NCBI GenBank assembly: GCA_950097015.1
Contig: CATNEN010000024.1
Location: 5,704,001 to 5,768,000, forward strand
Origin: Macrostomum hystrix
Lineage: Eukaryota; Animalia; Platyhelminthes
DNA: 64,000 bases
Reading direction: 5' to 3'
Positions 37,046 through 48,909 of this stretch are shown piece by piece (position 1 is the stretch's first letter; the number at the start of each line of letters is the position of its first letter). The notes beneath the pieces were generated by a model. That model worked only from the letters and a program-made list of their open reading frames with translations. It was not told the origin of the DNA and did no database searches. The translations under genes and the position numbers were made by a program.

Positions 37046-37697
37046 TAATAAGAAACGATCTAAAGGAGGAAGCAAAGGAGATAGTTTTTCTATCAAATTT
37101 TCTATTCCTATTTAATAGTCCAATTGCTTAATGTAAATAGTTTATATTCGAGGATAAACTATAGTTAATTTCGTTAAAACTCGAAGTCGAGTCTCAAGAT
37201 ATTTGGAGACAAATTTCTCAGAACATTCATTTGACAAACAATAGTATATTTGTCAATCTATGCAAAATACATCATGATCAGGAGCTAAATTGTGTTTATT
37301 TAAAATAAAGCATTAGCTGCAGAAAACATAAAAAGATATAAAAGAAACCTTGTCACTTTGATTAAACGCTTCTGCTGCTGCTGCACTAAGCCACAAGTTT
37401 TATCTTGAATTATATACAGCTGTTTTGAAAGTTATTTTTAACTGTATTCAACCTACACCTGAAAACGTTCCAATAGGTACGTGTAAGTGGTTTAGAGAAA
37501 ACGTTTATCCATATTTTGTACGTTTAATGGGTTTCTTTCAAGTATGGAATCTGTTGTCTATGGTTCAAACAGTCTGCATAACGAGCCCATTAAATAATAT
37601 ATATATAATATTTGTATATAATATATAGCTCGTATTATAATAAAATATATATTTAATACATTTATTAATAAAAGAAAATTATTTTTTAATATTATTT

Positions 37698-37888
37698 CAC
37701 ACACGCTTACACAGTGTGCACTTTCACTGTGCCTTGGAGGTTGGCCCTCATGGGCGTAAATTGCACGAAAAGCCCACAAGCCTTGTCTTCGCGACTGAAC
37801 CCCAAATAAATGGGGCCTCGTCGTGGAATCGAGCTCAGGCATCTTGGTGCGAGAGGCAAACGCGTTAGCCGCTCTGCCAGTCACCTCT
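37698..37888 (-). mobile_element. SINE family A, 3'-truncated copy
   Basis: Reverse complement aligns by eye with 23297-23510. Confidence 0.85.
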
Positions 37889-38361
37889 AATGTCCCTAAT
37901 TAATTAAAAACTATTATTAAAGTAGCGCAGAAGCATATTAGGACTAGAGCATCACTTCATTAGAGAATGGAGACATATTTCAAAACAGAAACCACGACTT
38001 ACATATAACTATACAAACACTTACATTAGATATACCAATTTTTTAGAAAACCGACATAACAGTAATTTGCGTCAACTATAGACTATAAATCTCAGCCTTA
38101 TCAGTAACAACCTGATAAAATTGGGAATGTGCATGTAGGCTGATTGGTCAGTTGTGCAATCACATCTGCTAATACCCTTGAATTCGAGGTGTCCCAAATC
38201 TTTAAAAACACCCTCACACAATTGATTAATAGTGCCTTTCGTTGCTTCACTTAATCTAAACAATTATTTTAACTTGTCAGTGCCCTTATTTTTTAGTTTA
38301 ACGAGCATACTATTGCTTTAGATTAACATACTATATTACATATTACATACTATTACTGTCT

Positions 38362-38482
38362 TCAGACTTCAACCCCGTGGAGAACGTCTGTGGTGCGATG
38401 GCAAAGAAGCTCTATGCTGGCAACAAGCAGAACCAATCACTGGCAGAGCTGGAAGCTGTCGTTGTTGCATACCAATTGTGGC
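38362..38482 (+). mobile_element. Tc1/mariner transposase C-terminal fragment
   Basis: DFNPVENVCGAMAKKLYAGNKQNQSLAELEAVV resembles the Tc1 motif PDLNPIEN.W..L.R.VY....Q..S..EL. Confidence 0.7.
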
Positions 38483-38710
38483 ATATTTTAAAGTGAACAT
38501 TTTTTCCTTACATTCTTAGCATAAAAAGTGATCTAGTAAGGCTATGCGTCTAAGAGATACAATTAATTTGTTCCTAACTTTTTCCAAGGAGACTGGCATT
38601 ACATTTGGGACAAAGTGTATATTCAAGAGAGTAAGGCTGTTCTTATAAAAACAATGGCGTCAATAAATGATACTCTTACTAGACGGAGCATAACACTATA
38701 AATTGGATTT

Positions 38711-41700
38711 TTAATTGCATAGATCCTCCAGTATCTCGGCAGCCAACTCATCGCTGTCGTCTGTCGGCAGGGGGCGCTCTTGTCTGGCTCTCTTGGCAGG
38801 CGGCTGACCAGCTGTGAGTGGCCTGGGAGCAACCACCAGCAAGAGGTTGCACTCTTTGCTCGATAGAATCATTGCTTGATCATCCGGCATGTGTTCGTCT
38901 TCATCGATGTCGGCATCGCTTAAGCCGACTGCGGCGGTAGCGGCGGCTACATTAGCGGCATCTCGGCGATTAAAATGTTTTTGGACAATGAAGAAGGCGG
39001 CAATGCGCTCGTCGCGACAGATTCTTTGCACATCTTCGAGGCAAGGCGGCTTGAATTTGATCAGCTTCTGCGTTGGTTTGGTTTTGTTAGATTTTGTTAG
39101 ATTTTATTAATATCTACGAGGGGTGTTTAACAAGTCTTTGGACTTTTCATTCAACATTTTTTAACAGCCAGCAATAGTAACAGCAACTTTTTTATTTTAT
39201 AGCGGCTTACTTACAAATTACTGTGTAATTATTTTTCAAAATATCACCGACAGTGGGGTACAGCATCTCAATAGATGATTGAAGCAGGAAGTAAACAACA
39301 ATTTTGAAAAATCTTGGAAATCTGCCAATTTAAACTTGTGTGAAAAATCAATAATCAAGGACAACTAGAAAAAGAAGGACAGGACACTTCGACACTTCGT
39401 GAAAAGTTCCTATCTCACTAGTAGTGCATTTTTGCGTGAAAATCGGCCTTTAATAAATTTCCCAAGAACCGAAGTGTCCTGTCCTTCTTTTTCTAGTGGT
39501 CCTTGGTGATAATGTGTGCCAAGTCATAACTCATATCTATGGTACTAATGTACGAGTTTGCTCCTGCTTGTGGGGCACTCTGAAAAAGCCACAGAAAGAG
39601 ACTCATTTTGAGACGCATAGCAAGCCGAATCCTTTGTTGCCAAGTGTTGGTCAGAATTTCTTCCTAATCTGTGGATTTTAATGGCCGTAAACTAAAATAC
39701 AGCACAGCATTGCTCGGCCTGTACCCTCTGGCATTAGGTTGAATGGTGCTGAAATTTCGACACAGCTGAGCACAATTCATGGGCCTGAAGCAGTATCTAG
39801 AATTCATGCCAACCGTGAGCGATAGGTTCTTGTGCACGAAATGCCAAGGCAGGCATATGCAGATGCCATTAACAACATGCCTACCTGGTGGAAAGAATGC
39901 ATTAAACTGACTTTGTTGAGAAGGTCTCAGTTGCCATTTGAACTATTTTGAAAGACAACTGACCTACTGTTTCCTGGTACTCTATATGCAGCCTCCAATT
40001 TCCTGTTCGTGTATTGAGATGCTGTACTAATATAAGAATTACCATGGAAAGAATCCAATTTAACTTACAGAGACTGCAGACTTCACCTGGCACTTGATAT
40101 CGACATCGCTAATTCTTATAAGCACATTGACTGATTCGTTTTTTTCTGAAATAGAAGATCAAATAATTATTTTCGTTTGTGCGTTGTTTCATTGTATTGT
40201 TAAGTCTTTAACACCCTCTCTGCCTGCAGACACCGAGTCACAAAACAATATTCCGATCGATATGGCAGTCAATCAATATAATAAGCCAGACTCACTGACA
40301 GGATCATTGAGCTCAACCCAAACGGACTCCGTACTCAAGCCGGAATCGTCTGACCAAAGAATCGTGCGCGGGTTGAACTCGACAATTTTAAGGCTGCTCT
40401 GAGATGAGCTCACTGCGGCTGCAAACGGAAACAGTGCAAAGCAATTCAAATTATACATTTTATTAATTCCTACGTAATTCCTTCACCCCACCAAGTTTTC
40501 TGTTCGAATTATTTTTCTAGCAGCTACAATAAATGATTCTGATGATTGCTGACACGTAACTCACAAGCGATAGAATCGGTATCTCTGTGCACAGTCGCAG
40601 CATTGTCAAGCAATGGCAGCGGAGGGCCCTCCGGTGGTTCTTGTTTCAATAGGCACAGCTTGAATCTGATGCGAACTGAGCTGTCAATCTTCTTCATGTC
40701 AGACTGGGACAGTTCCGTCAGCAGACGGTCTTGGTGAGTTAGGACAGTTTGATTCTTGTTTTATTAAATATGAACTGAGCTTATTATAAACGACAGGATG
40801 AGAAAGGGTGTGAGACAGGGCGAGTAGGGTGCCAGACACGGAGAATTAGGGTGTGAGACAGGGCGAGAAGGGTGCCAGACAAGGAGAGAAGGGTGTGAGA
40901 CAGGGCGAGAAGGGTGCCAGACAGGGAGAGAAGGGTGTGAGACAGGGCGAGAAGGGTGCCAGACAGGGAGAGAAGGGTGTGAGACAGGGCGAGAAGGGTG
41001 CCAGACAGGGAGAATAAGGCTGTGAGACAGGGCGAGAAGGGTGCCAGACACGGAGAATTAGGGTGTGAGACAGGGCGAGAAGGGTGCCAGACAAGGAGAG
41101 AAGGGTGTGAGAAAGGGAGAATAAGGCTGTGAGACAGGGCGAGAAGGGTGTCAGACAGGGAGAGAAGGGTGCCAGACAAGGAGAGAAGGGTGTGAGAAAG
41201 GGAGAATAAGGCTGTGAGACAGGGCGAGAAGGGTGCCAGACAGGGAGGGAAGTGTGTGAGACAGAGAGAGAAGGGTACCAGACGGGGAGAGAAATGTGTG
41301 TGTGACACGGACAAGGATGCTGGGTTGAGACAGAGTCATGCCCAAGAAGTTTTGAGATTTGAGCACTACACAGATTGAGACTTCAACACTGACTCAGATA
41401 AATCAACACGATGGCTATACCGATATGTGTATATTCGATAGGTAACCACAAAGTTAGATAATTTAGATGAGCTTATAAGTATATTAAAGCTATATGATGC
41501 AGGATTGTTAGAAAGGCATGTCTGTTGTCAGACTGCGCCAAAAGCTTTTTAACACTCTTAAATTATTTGTGGAAAACGTCTCTAAGAATTGCCAAATACT
41601 CGTAGTTATCGCCAAATATAAGGAATAAGTTAAAGCTTACCAAAGTATGACTGATGCCAATGCATTCTGCGTGAGCTGTCTAATCGATTTCGAATGGCCT

Positions 41701-44700
41701 CCTTAATATCGTCCTTCTTGTATTTCATTATACAGTGCTTGTCCAGCCTGAATAGTGTAAATATGAAAATCAGAAAATTGGTAATTGCTTTGAGGCAGCT
41801 GCAGTTTGACTGACATCCCATGTCAACGGAAAATAGGGTAATCACGCTCACTTAAGTGGAATCAATTAAGTAGAAAAGACAAGTAGGAAAATATATATTG
41901 GCTGGGATACTCGATTGACAGGCTACCAAAAGAAATTAAAGACAATTTCTGAGGTTCAGTTATAAACTCCGTTAAAAGATTTTGATTAAGTAATTCATCT
42001 CTTTTGACTTCACACTTTTGATTTATTCAGTCCAGAATTGGACCAACTGACAACCACTAGGCCTTTTCGATCTACAGGTAACTCATACGACTTAAGACTA
42101 AAATAAAAATATATTTTTTCGTGCACATAGCGAATACGAGTGGAAATACGACATGAGAGAATACGGTGGAATGATCAAAGCACTCAGAAAATGCTTTGTA
42201 CAGTAAACACTATATAAAGATTCTAAAAAAGTGTCATCTCAACTCCTATTGGCTGATAAAAGCTTAACAACCAAGAGACGGAGAGCGGTAGCCAGCAATT
42301 TCCCTAGCAATTATAAACACCAGTATTGTCAGCTGCCACAATCATCCAGTTCTATTCCAGCATTGCAAGCAATGCTACACAGGTTCATACTGCTGCCCAT
42401 TGTGGCACTGCTAGCTAGCGCTAGTCGCATTGTATTCAACCGTCTGCCAGACGGATTCTGCGCCACCGTGGCTCCGGGCTCCCAGCCAAACGCTACTTAT
42501 CGCAGCGTGACGCCGATTGCGTCGCAGGAAGCGTGCGCAGTCGAGTGCGCCAGCTCGGAGGCGTGCGCCGCCTACCAGCTGAGCAATGGCGGCCAGTGCC
42601 TGCTAGGCTCGGCCTGCGATCTGCGCCAGCGCTGGCAGCAGCTGACGCCTGGTGGCACAGCCTGCATAGCAACGTACTTCAACAAGGACCGAAACAGTAG
42701 CTGGGCCGGCTGCCAGAGCCTACTGGAGGCTGTCTATGAGAACGGTAAGCGAATTTTACTCTGTTCTTGCGCATGCGCAAGCGCATCCTAGTTGTCTTAT
42801 ACGTTGTTTCTACGGCAGGTATAAAATAGGTAGCAGCATTAGCTGAGGTAGCAGAAGTTAACGTTGGTCTGGCGGCCCTGTCTCACTCCGAGTCTTTATA
42901 CTTGGACTACAATTGTAAAACTAGGACGCATTTCCATTATGCGTCCTTAGGACTCTAATACTTGGCACTTCTTTGAAGACATGTCACTGTACTAGCAATC
43001 CAACTTATCACGCAATTTTTCTCTTCACGACTTTCACAGACGGGACGCCGAGCAATACGGATACGCCGAAGTACTACAAGCCAGTGATTGGCTCAGGCTG
43101 TTACCGCATCCGGGCCTGGGGAGCGCAGGGCGGCAACCAGCTCACGTCAGCTGGGGGCAGCGTTCTAACACGAGGCGGCCTTGGCGCTTACAAAGAGGCC
43201 GCATTCATCCTTAACGAGGCCGATAATCTCACGATCATTGTTGGCCGGCGCGGAAACGACAGTATCACGACTAGCCAGGGCGGAGGCGGCGGCGGAGGCA
43301 GCTTTGTGTACAAGTTCAACCCAGGTGGTGCGAGAATTCTTCTGCTAGCGGCTGGTGGAGGCGGAGGTGCGGCTCAACTAACTAACGGCGGCAATGGAAC
43401 TGACATCGAGAACGGCGGCCAATCCATGCTGGATACCAGCGGTGGCATTGTTGGCTACGGCGGCGTTGCCGGCAACGGGGCGCCGGCGCCTACAATCGTG
43501 ACAAATCAGCGAGGACTGGGCGGTGGCGGAGCCGGCTGGCTCACGGACGGCTGGAGTTGTCCCGACAATGACGGAGGCAAAGGCGGAGACTCGACAACGT
43601 GGCTTGGCGGCGTCGGAAAAAATTGCAACGGCGGCTACGGCGGAGGCGGCGGCGGAGGCAACGTGCACGGAAGCGGCATCAATACCGGGGGAGGCGGCGG
43701 CGGCGGCGGCTACAGCGGCGGCGGAGTGGACGGCGACAGGTCACGCGGCGGAGGCGGCGGCGGCAGCTACGCGGAGCCAAGCCTGTCTAGGGGAGCGCGT
43801 GGCGGCGTCGGTGGAGCGCCGGGACCGGGAGGGCTCGTGAAAATCGAAGTCATTGGAACGGTGAATCACACCGCCTGCACTGGATGGTGAGCAGTCTTTG
43901 AGTCCGACGAACAAGCAGAAGTAACTAAGTACCCAAAAGATACTTTTGAATTGTCACAATTGAACGACTAGTGAACGCCATCAATAGCAATATATTTTTG
44001 CAGTAGGAGCAGCAGCAGCAGTAGTAACAGATAAATAACTGATTCAACACGGATTTGATAATAAACAACAAAGAACTATACAAGTAGCCAAGTTTTGCAT
44101 ATACATTCTTTGTCACTAATTTTCAAATGTTATGCCGCGAAAAATGATTTTTACTACTCGACCTATTTTATCTCTTTCGTCAAGGGCTGCCAACTCGTAG
44201 ACACACGTAACAAATTCAATCTCGCAACCTAAAAATGCAAATTATGATGTCCAAATATGTCTATTAATCAGGTTTGTATTATAATACTAACTATTTGAGG
44301 TTGTAATCCATTAATTAGACCTTCAGACTTTCTCTCAGCCCAAGGAAAACAATTTGTGCAATTAAGCAAGACACTTAATTAACCATTGCTCAGTTCACTA
44401 AAATTTGAATAGGTGTGGCGGCCACCAGTCCACGGACTGAACACAAGTCTTTAGAAGCTCAACGCAATAGCTCCGGCTTTATCACTTATCATTAAAAAAA
44501 TTACCAAACAGCGCCCCTGACGAAATGAGTTTCTGTTGGATATCCGTTGCCATAAACGTGCGAGTACTAACTAAATGTTTACGAGTATGTTTGCAGCCAT
44601 TTTTAGATATGCAATAAATTTTACCAGCGTAGACAATTTTAAATCCTTTGTTGATACACACCACATAGCGATACTACAATAATGACACAAGTCTATTTTC

Positions 44701-47700
44701 TATTGAAACTTTCAATGCTATTCAATATGAGACACTGTTATGCTCTTATTCTACAACATTATTTCAACCTTGGATATACACTAGAAGCGGTGAAATGGAC
44801 GCATGTTATAATAAAGCGTCCACAAAAAAGAGAAATTTTATTGCCGCGTCTAGCAAACGCTATAATCAGATTGTTGCTTTGAATTATTTTGTAAAACGGT
44901 CTCAGAGAGAAAGTCTGGTCTGATCCGCATTTTGGCTTGGTCATAACTAGCGCTTTCCAGTTGCCATGCGGAAGACAATGAAATAAATATAAAAATTTCT
45001 ACATTTTATTCCGCAGAGCGGTGTGCCTGTAGGCAGGAAGGAATGAAAAACTGGCACCCAAAAGAACTGGCCAAATCCGCCTTTTCTTGGCATACGCAAA
45101 GTCCTATAGCAAGGATTTATGAATTATTGATTTGGAGATGAGGAGACAGGTGGCACAATAGCCGCATTAAAAGCATAGAGGACAGCAATTAAAATTTTTT
45201 GCTGGAATGGACTTGATTCAGGCAGTGGAAATTTTCTTCAGGTCGATTCTATTCTCTCAAGGTCACTGAGGTACACCGCCTCAAGACAGCATCCAATGGC
45301 ATGTTGAATCAAGTTTAACACTAAGTTGAAGTCTTATGTCGACTTTCATGGTCACGGCGGAAGTAGATTTTTACATGATTACTGTGAAAGTAGATTTTCT
45401 CATCGTCACAGTGAATGTAAATTATCTCATGGTCACTGTAAATCTAAAGTCCCTTAATGTCACTCTGAATGTTGATTCTCCTATGGTCACTGCGAATGTA
45501 AATTCTCTCAAAGTCAATGAGGATAGTGATTCACTCAAGGTCAATGAGGATAGTGATTCATCAATGTGGATAGTGATTCACACAAACTCAATGTGGATAG
45601 TGATTCACTCAAGCTCAATGAGGATAGTGATTCATCAATGTGGATAGTGATTCACTCAAGCTCAATGTGGATAGTGATTCACTCAAGGTCAATGTGGATA
45701 GTGATTCATCAATGTGGATAGTGATTCACTCAAGCTCAATGGGGATAGTGATTCATCAATGTGGATAGTGATTCACTCAAGCTCAATGAGGATAGTGATT
45801 CATCAATGTGGATAGTGATTCACTCAAGCTCAATGAGGATAGTGATTCACTCAAGCTCAATGAGGATAGTGATTCACTCAAGCTCAATGAGGATAGTGAT
45901 TCATCAATGTGGATAGTGATTCACTCAAGCTCAATGTGGATAGTGATTCACTCAAGCTCAATGAGGATAGTGATTCTTCAATGTGGATAGTGATTCACTC
46001 AAGCTCAATGTGGATAGTGATTCACTCAAGCTCAATGAGGATAGTGATTCATCAATGTGGATAGTGATTCACTCAAGCTCAATGAGGATAGTGATTCACT
46101 CAAGCTCAATGAGGATAGTGATTCACTCAAGCTCAATGAGGATAGTGATTCACTCAAGCTCAATGAGGATAGTGATTCACTCAAGCTCAATGAGGATAGT
46201 GATTCACTCAAGCTCAATGAGGATAGTGATTCATCAATGTGGATAGTGATTCACTCAAGCTCAATGAGGATAGTGATTCATCAATGAGGATAGTGATTCA
46301 CTCAAGCTCAATGTGGATAGTGATTCACTCAAGCTCAATGAGGATAGTGATTCATCAATGTGGATAGTGATTCACTCAAGCTCAATGAGGATAGTGATTC
46401 ACTCAAGCTCAATGAGGATAGTGATTCATCAATGTGGATAGTGATTCACTCAAGCTCAATGAGGATAGTGATTCACTCAAGCTCAATGAGGATAGTGATT
46501 CACTCAAGCTCAATGAGGATAGTGATTCATCAATGAGGATAGTGATTCACTCAAGCTCAATGGGGATAGTGATTCATCAATGTGGATAGTGATTCACTCA
46601 AGCTCAATGAGGATAGTGATTCATCAATGAGGATAGTGATTCACTCAAGCTCAATGTGGATAGTGATTCATCAATGTGGATAGTGATTCACTCAAGCTCA
46701 ATGAGGATAGTGATTCATCAATGTGGATAGTGATTCACTCAAGCTCAATGAGGATAGTGATTCACTCAAGCTCAATGAGGATAGTGATTCACTCAAGCTC
46801 AATGTGGATAGTGATTCACTCAAGCTCAATGAGGATAGTGATTCACTCAAGCTCAATGAGGATAGTGATTCACTCAAGCTCAATGAGGATAGTGATTCAC
46901 TCAAGCTCAATGAGGATAGTGATTCACTCAAGCTCAATGAGGATAGTGATTCACTCAAGCTCAATGAGGATAGTGATTCACTCAAGGTCAATGTGGATAG
47001 TGATTCACTCAAGCTCAATGAGGATAGTGATTCACTCAAGCTCAATGAGGATAGTGATTCATCAATGTGGATAGTGATTTATCAATGTGGAAAGTGCTTC
47101 ATCAATGTGGATAGTGATTCATCAATGTGGATAGTGATTCATCAATGTGGATAGTGATTCACTCAAGGTCAATGTGGATAGTGATTCACTCAAGGTCACT
47201 GTCGATAGTGATTCCCTCAAGGTCAATGTGGATAGTGATTCACTCAAGGTCAATGAGGATAGTGATTCACTCAAGGTCAAAATGGACAGTGATTCACTCA
47301 AGGTCAATGTGGATAGTGATTCCCTCAAGGTCACTGTGGATAGTGATTCCCTCAAGGTCACTGTGGATAGTGATTCATTAATGTATATAGTGATTCACTC
47401 AAGGTCACTGTGGATAGTGATTCATCAATGTATATAGTGATTCCCTCAAGGTCACTGTGGATAGTGATTCATCAATGTATATAGTGATTCCCTCAAGGTC
47501 ACTGTGGATAGTGATTCATCAATGTATATAGTGATTCACTCAAGGTCACTGAGGCGAATTCTCAATTTGAAGGTCGCAGTACAAAGGAAGCTCGCTGAGC
47601 TCACTGGCTTGTAAATGCAGTATCACTAGGGTACGCTTTCTTCGCAGTAAGTATTGATGCTGGCTTAAAATTGCTCATTGATTTCTATTATTTTTGTGAA

Positions 47701-48788
47701 TGTATTTCGAAGAAAATATACCAGATAGTCAAAACAAACAGGAAGCAGAAAATTTAAATGAAAATGAAGCAGAAAAAATTGCACTCACAAAAGCCAATTA
47801 GTGAAGAAAGAATCTAGAAATCATCAAAAATTCATAGACAGCTGAATGGGCCCCTAGCAAAAGCGAGTAAGAAAAGGCGTAGGCACTCATACTTGTCAGG
47901 CTCCTCCATAGCAACCAATACTCTAGTAATTTATAGATCCACAATATTTGAATGTTTTTATAGCATGAAAATTAGGCGACACATAAGCATACTCACTACA
48001 AAAAACAATCGTTTATTAGCCCAAAAATTCTCTGAAGAGAATGGCTGAGATCAGCTGACTGATGAGAATGGCTGAGATCAGCTGACTGATGAGAATGGCT
48101 GAGATCAGCTGACTGATGAGAATGGCTGAGATCAGCTGACTGATGAGAATGGCTGAGATCAGCTGACTGATGAGAATGGCTGAGATCAGCTGACTGATGA
48201 GAATGGCTGAGATCAGCTGACTGATGAGAATGGCTGAGATCAGCTGACTGATGAGAATGGCTGAGATCAGCTGACTGATGAGAATGGCTGAGATCAGCTG
48301 ACTGATGAGAATGGCTGAGATCAGCTGACTCAAGAGAGGCTCAGCCACCTCGGGAGTCGTGTTAAGTGTACGAGAACAGCTATACCCGTTAGCTAGCTGT
48401 ATGAATTTGCGCATAAAATGATCCCCAATAAGACTCACTTGAACACCAACGGCTCAGGGCTTAACTGGCAGGGATGGTACAGGAAGCCGGCATGGCATCC
48501 TTCGCCAATAAGTTCGAACGCGTGCAGTTGCTCAGGCTGGCCAACTCGCACCAGATAGGCAAAGAGAGCGGCCTGCACGGGTTGGCTGGCAGTGAGTTGC
48601 AGTGTGACCCGACTGTTCTTATCAGCCGGCCGGCCGTACAACTGGCTGCCGATAGCTTTGGGCCCAATTGAGGCTCGGAAGGTGGTCACTTCGCGATGGT
48701 AGCGAAAGCGACTACTGGTTGCCGGCTGGCAGGTAATGCGCAGGCTGAGCCGCGGCTCCGCTGCGTCATCCCCTGCTGCTGCCGCGGC
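38711..48788 (-). CDS. Divergent Rel-homology (NF-kB-like) transcription factor: RHD + IPT + NLS-like tail, 9 exons, about 503-504 aa
   Basis: Exons 48788-48439, 41747-41641, 40729-40565, 40418-40296, 40145-40069, 40021-39964, 39884-39725, 39668-39554, 39067-38711; all GT-AG, phases consistent, 1512 nt. Motifs: LRITCQPATSSRFRYHRE, LHAFELIGEGC, KKDDIKEAIRNRL, IDSSVRIRFKL, SSLKIVEFNP, ELNDPVKKNESVNV, GRHVVNGICICLP, PPAKRARQE. The start and the boundaries of exons 7-8 are less certain. Confidence 0.8.
39356..39505. mobile_element. 150-bp MITE with about 36-bp terminal inverted repeats in the last intron of the Rel-like gene
   Basis: CAAGGACAACTAGAAAAAGAAGGACAGGACACTTCG versus the right-end reverse complement CAAGGACCACTAGAAAAAGAAGGACAGGACACTTCG: 1 mismatch. 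Confidence 0.85.
40800..41320. repeat. Degenerate 21/42-nt repeat (GTGTGAGACAGGGCGAGAAGG / GTGCCAGACAGGGAGAGAAGG)
   Basis: Alternating units, in intron 2 of the Rel-like gene. Confidence 0.88.
42211..42218 (+). promoter_or_regulatory. TATA box of the nested glycine-rich gene
   Basis: TATATAAA about 160 nt upstream of ATG 42372. Confidence 0.45.
42372..43890 (+). CDS. Secreted PAN/apple-like + ALK/LTK-type glycine-rich domain protein, 2 exons, about 407 aa; nested antisense in intron 1 of the Rel-like gene
   Basis: Exons 42372-42744 and 43040-43890 (1224 nt, phase 1). Signal peptide MLHRFILLPIVALLASAS, then C..EC....C.AY......C (PAN/apple-like), then YRIRAWGAQGG...GGLGAY...F.L...LTIIVG...GGGGGGSFV...LLLAAGGGGG. 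Confidence 0.85.
45500..47550. repeat. 27-nt minisatellite (GATAGTGATTCACTCAAGCTCAATGAG)n interspersed with a 20-nt deletion variant
   Basis: Direct copies; degenerate precursor-like copies at about 45330-45500. Confidence 0.96.
48035..48330. repeat. 27-nt minisatellite (GAGAATGGCTGAGATCAGCTGACTGAT)n, about 11 copies
   Basis: Perfect direct copies. Confidence 0.96.
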
Positions 48789-48909
48789 CTACCAAGTGGC
48801 GGAGGAATGACGGTGTGATCTGGCTTGCGGCGAAGCGAAATATACTCATCCTAACATTAACAGATATGAGATCTCAGTCTAATTCTGATCCGAAATTTCC
48901 CTCATTTCA

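Noticed and set aside
35403-37115. 398-482 aa repetitive ORFs
   Set aside because: 36-nt array; no unique coding flanks or splice support.
47639-47651. 13-nt minus-strand match (CTTACTGCGAAGA) to my recollection of the Macrostomum spliced leader
   Set aside because: Too short, flanks do not match, no Sm site or donor context; compatible with chance, and the leader sequence is recalled rather than checked.
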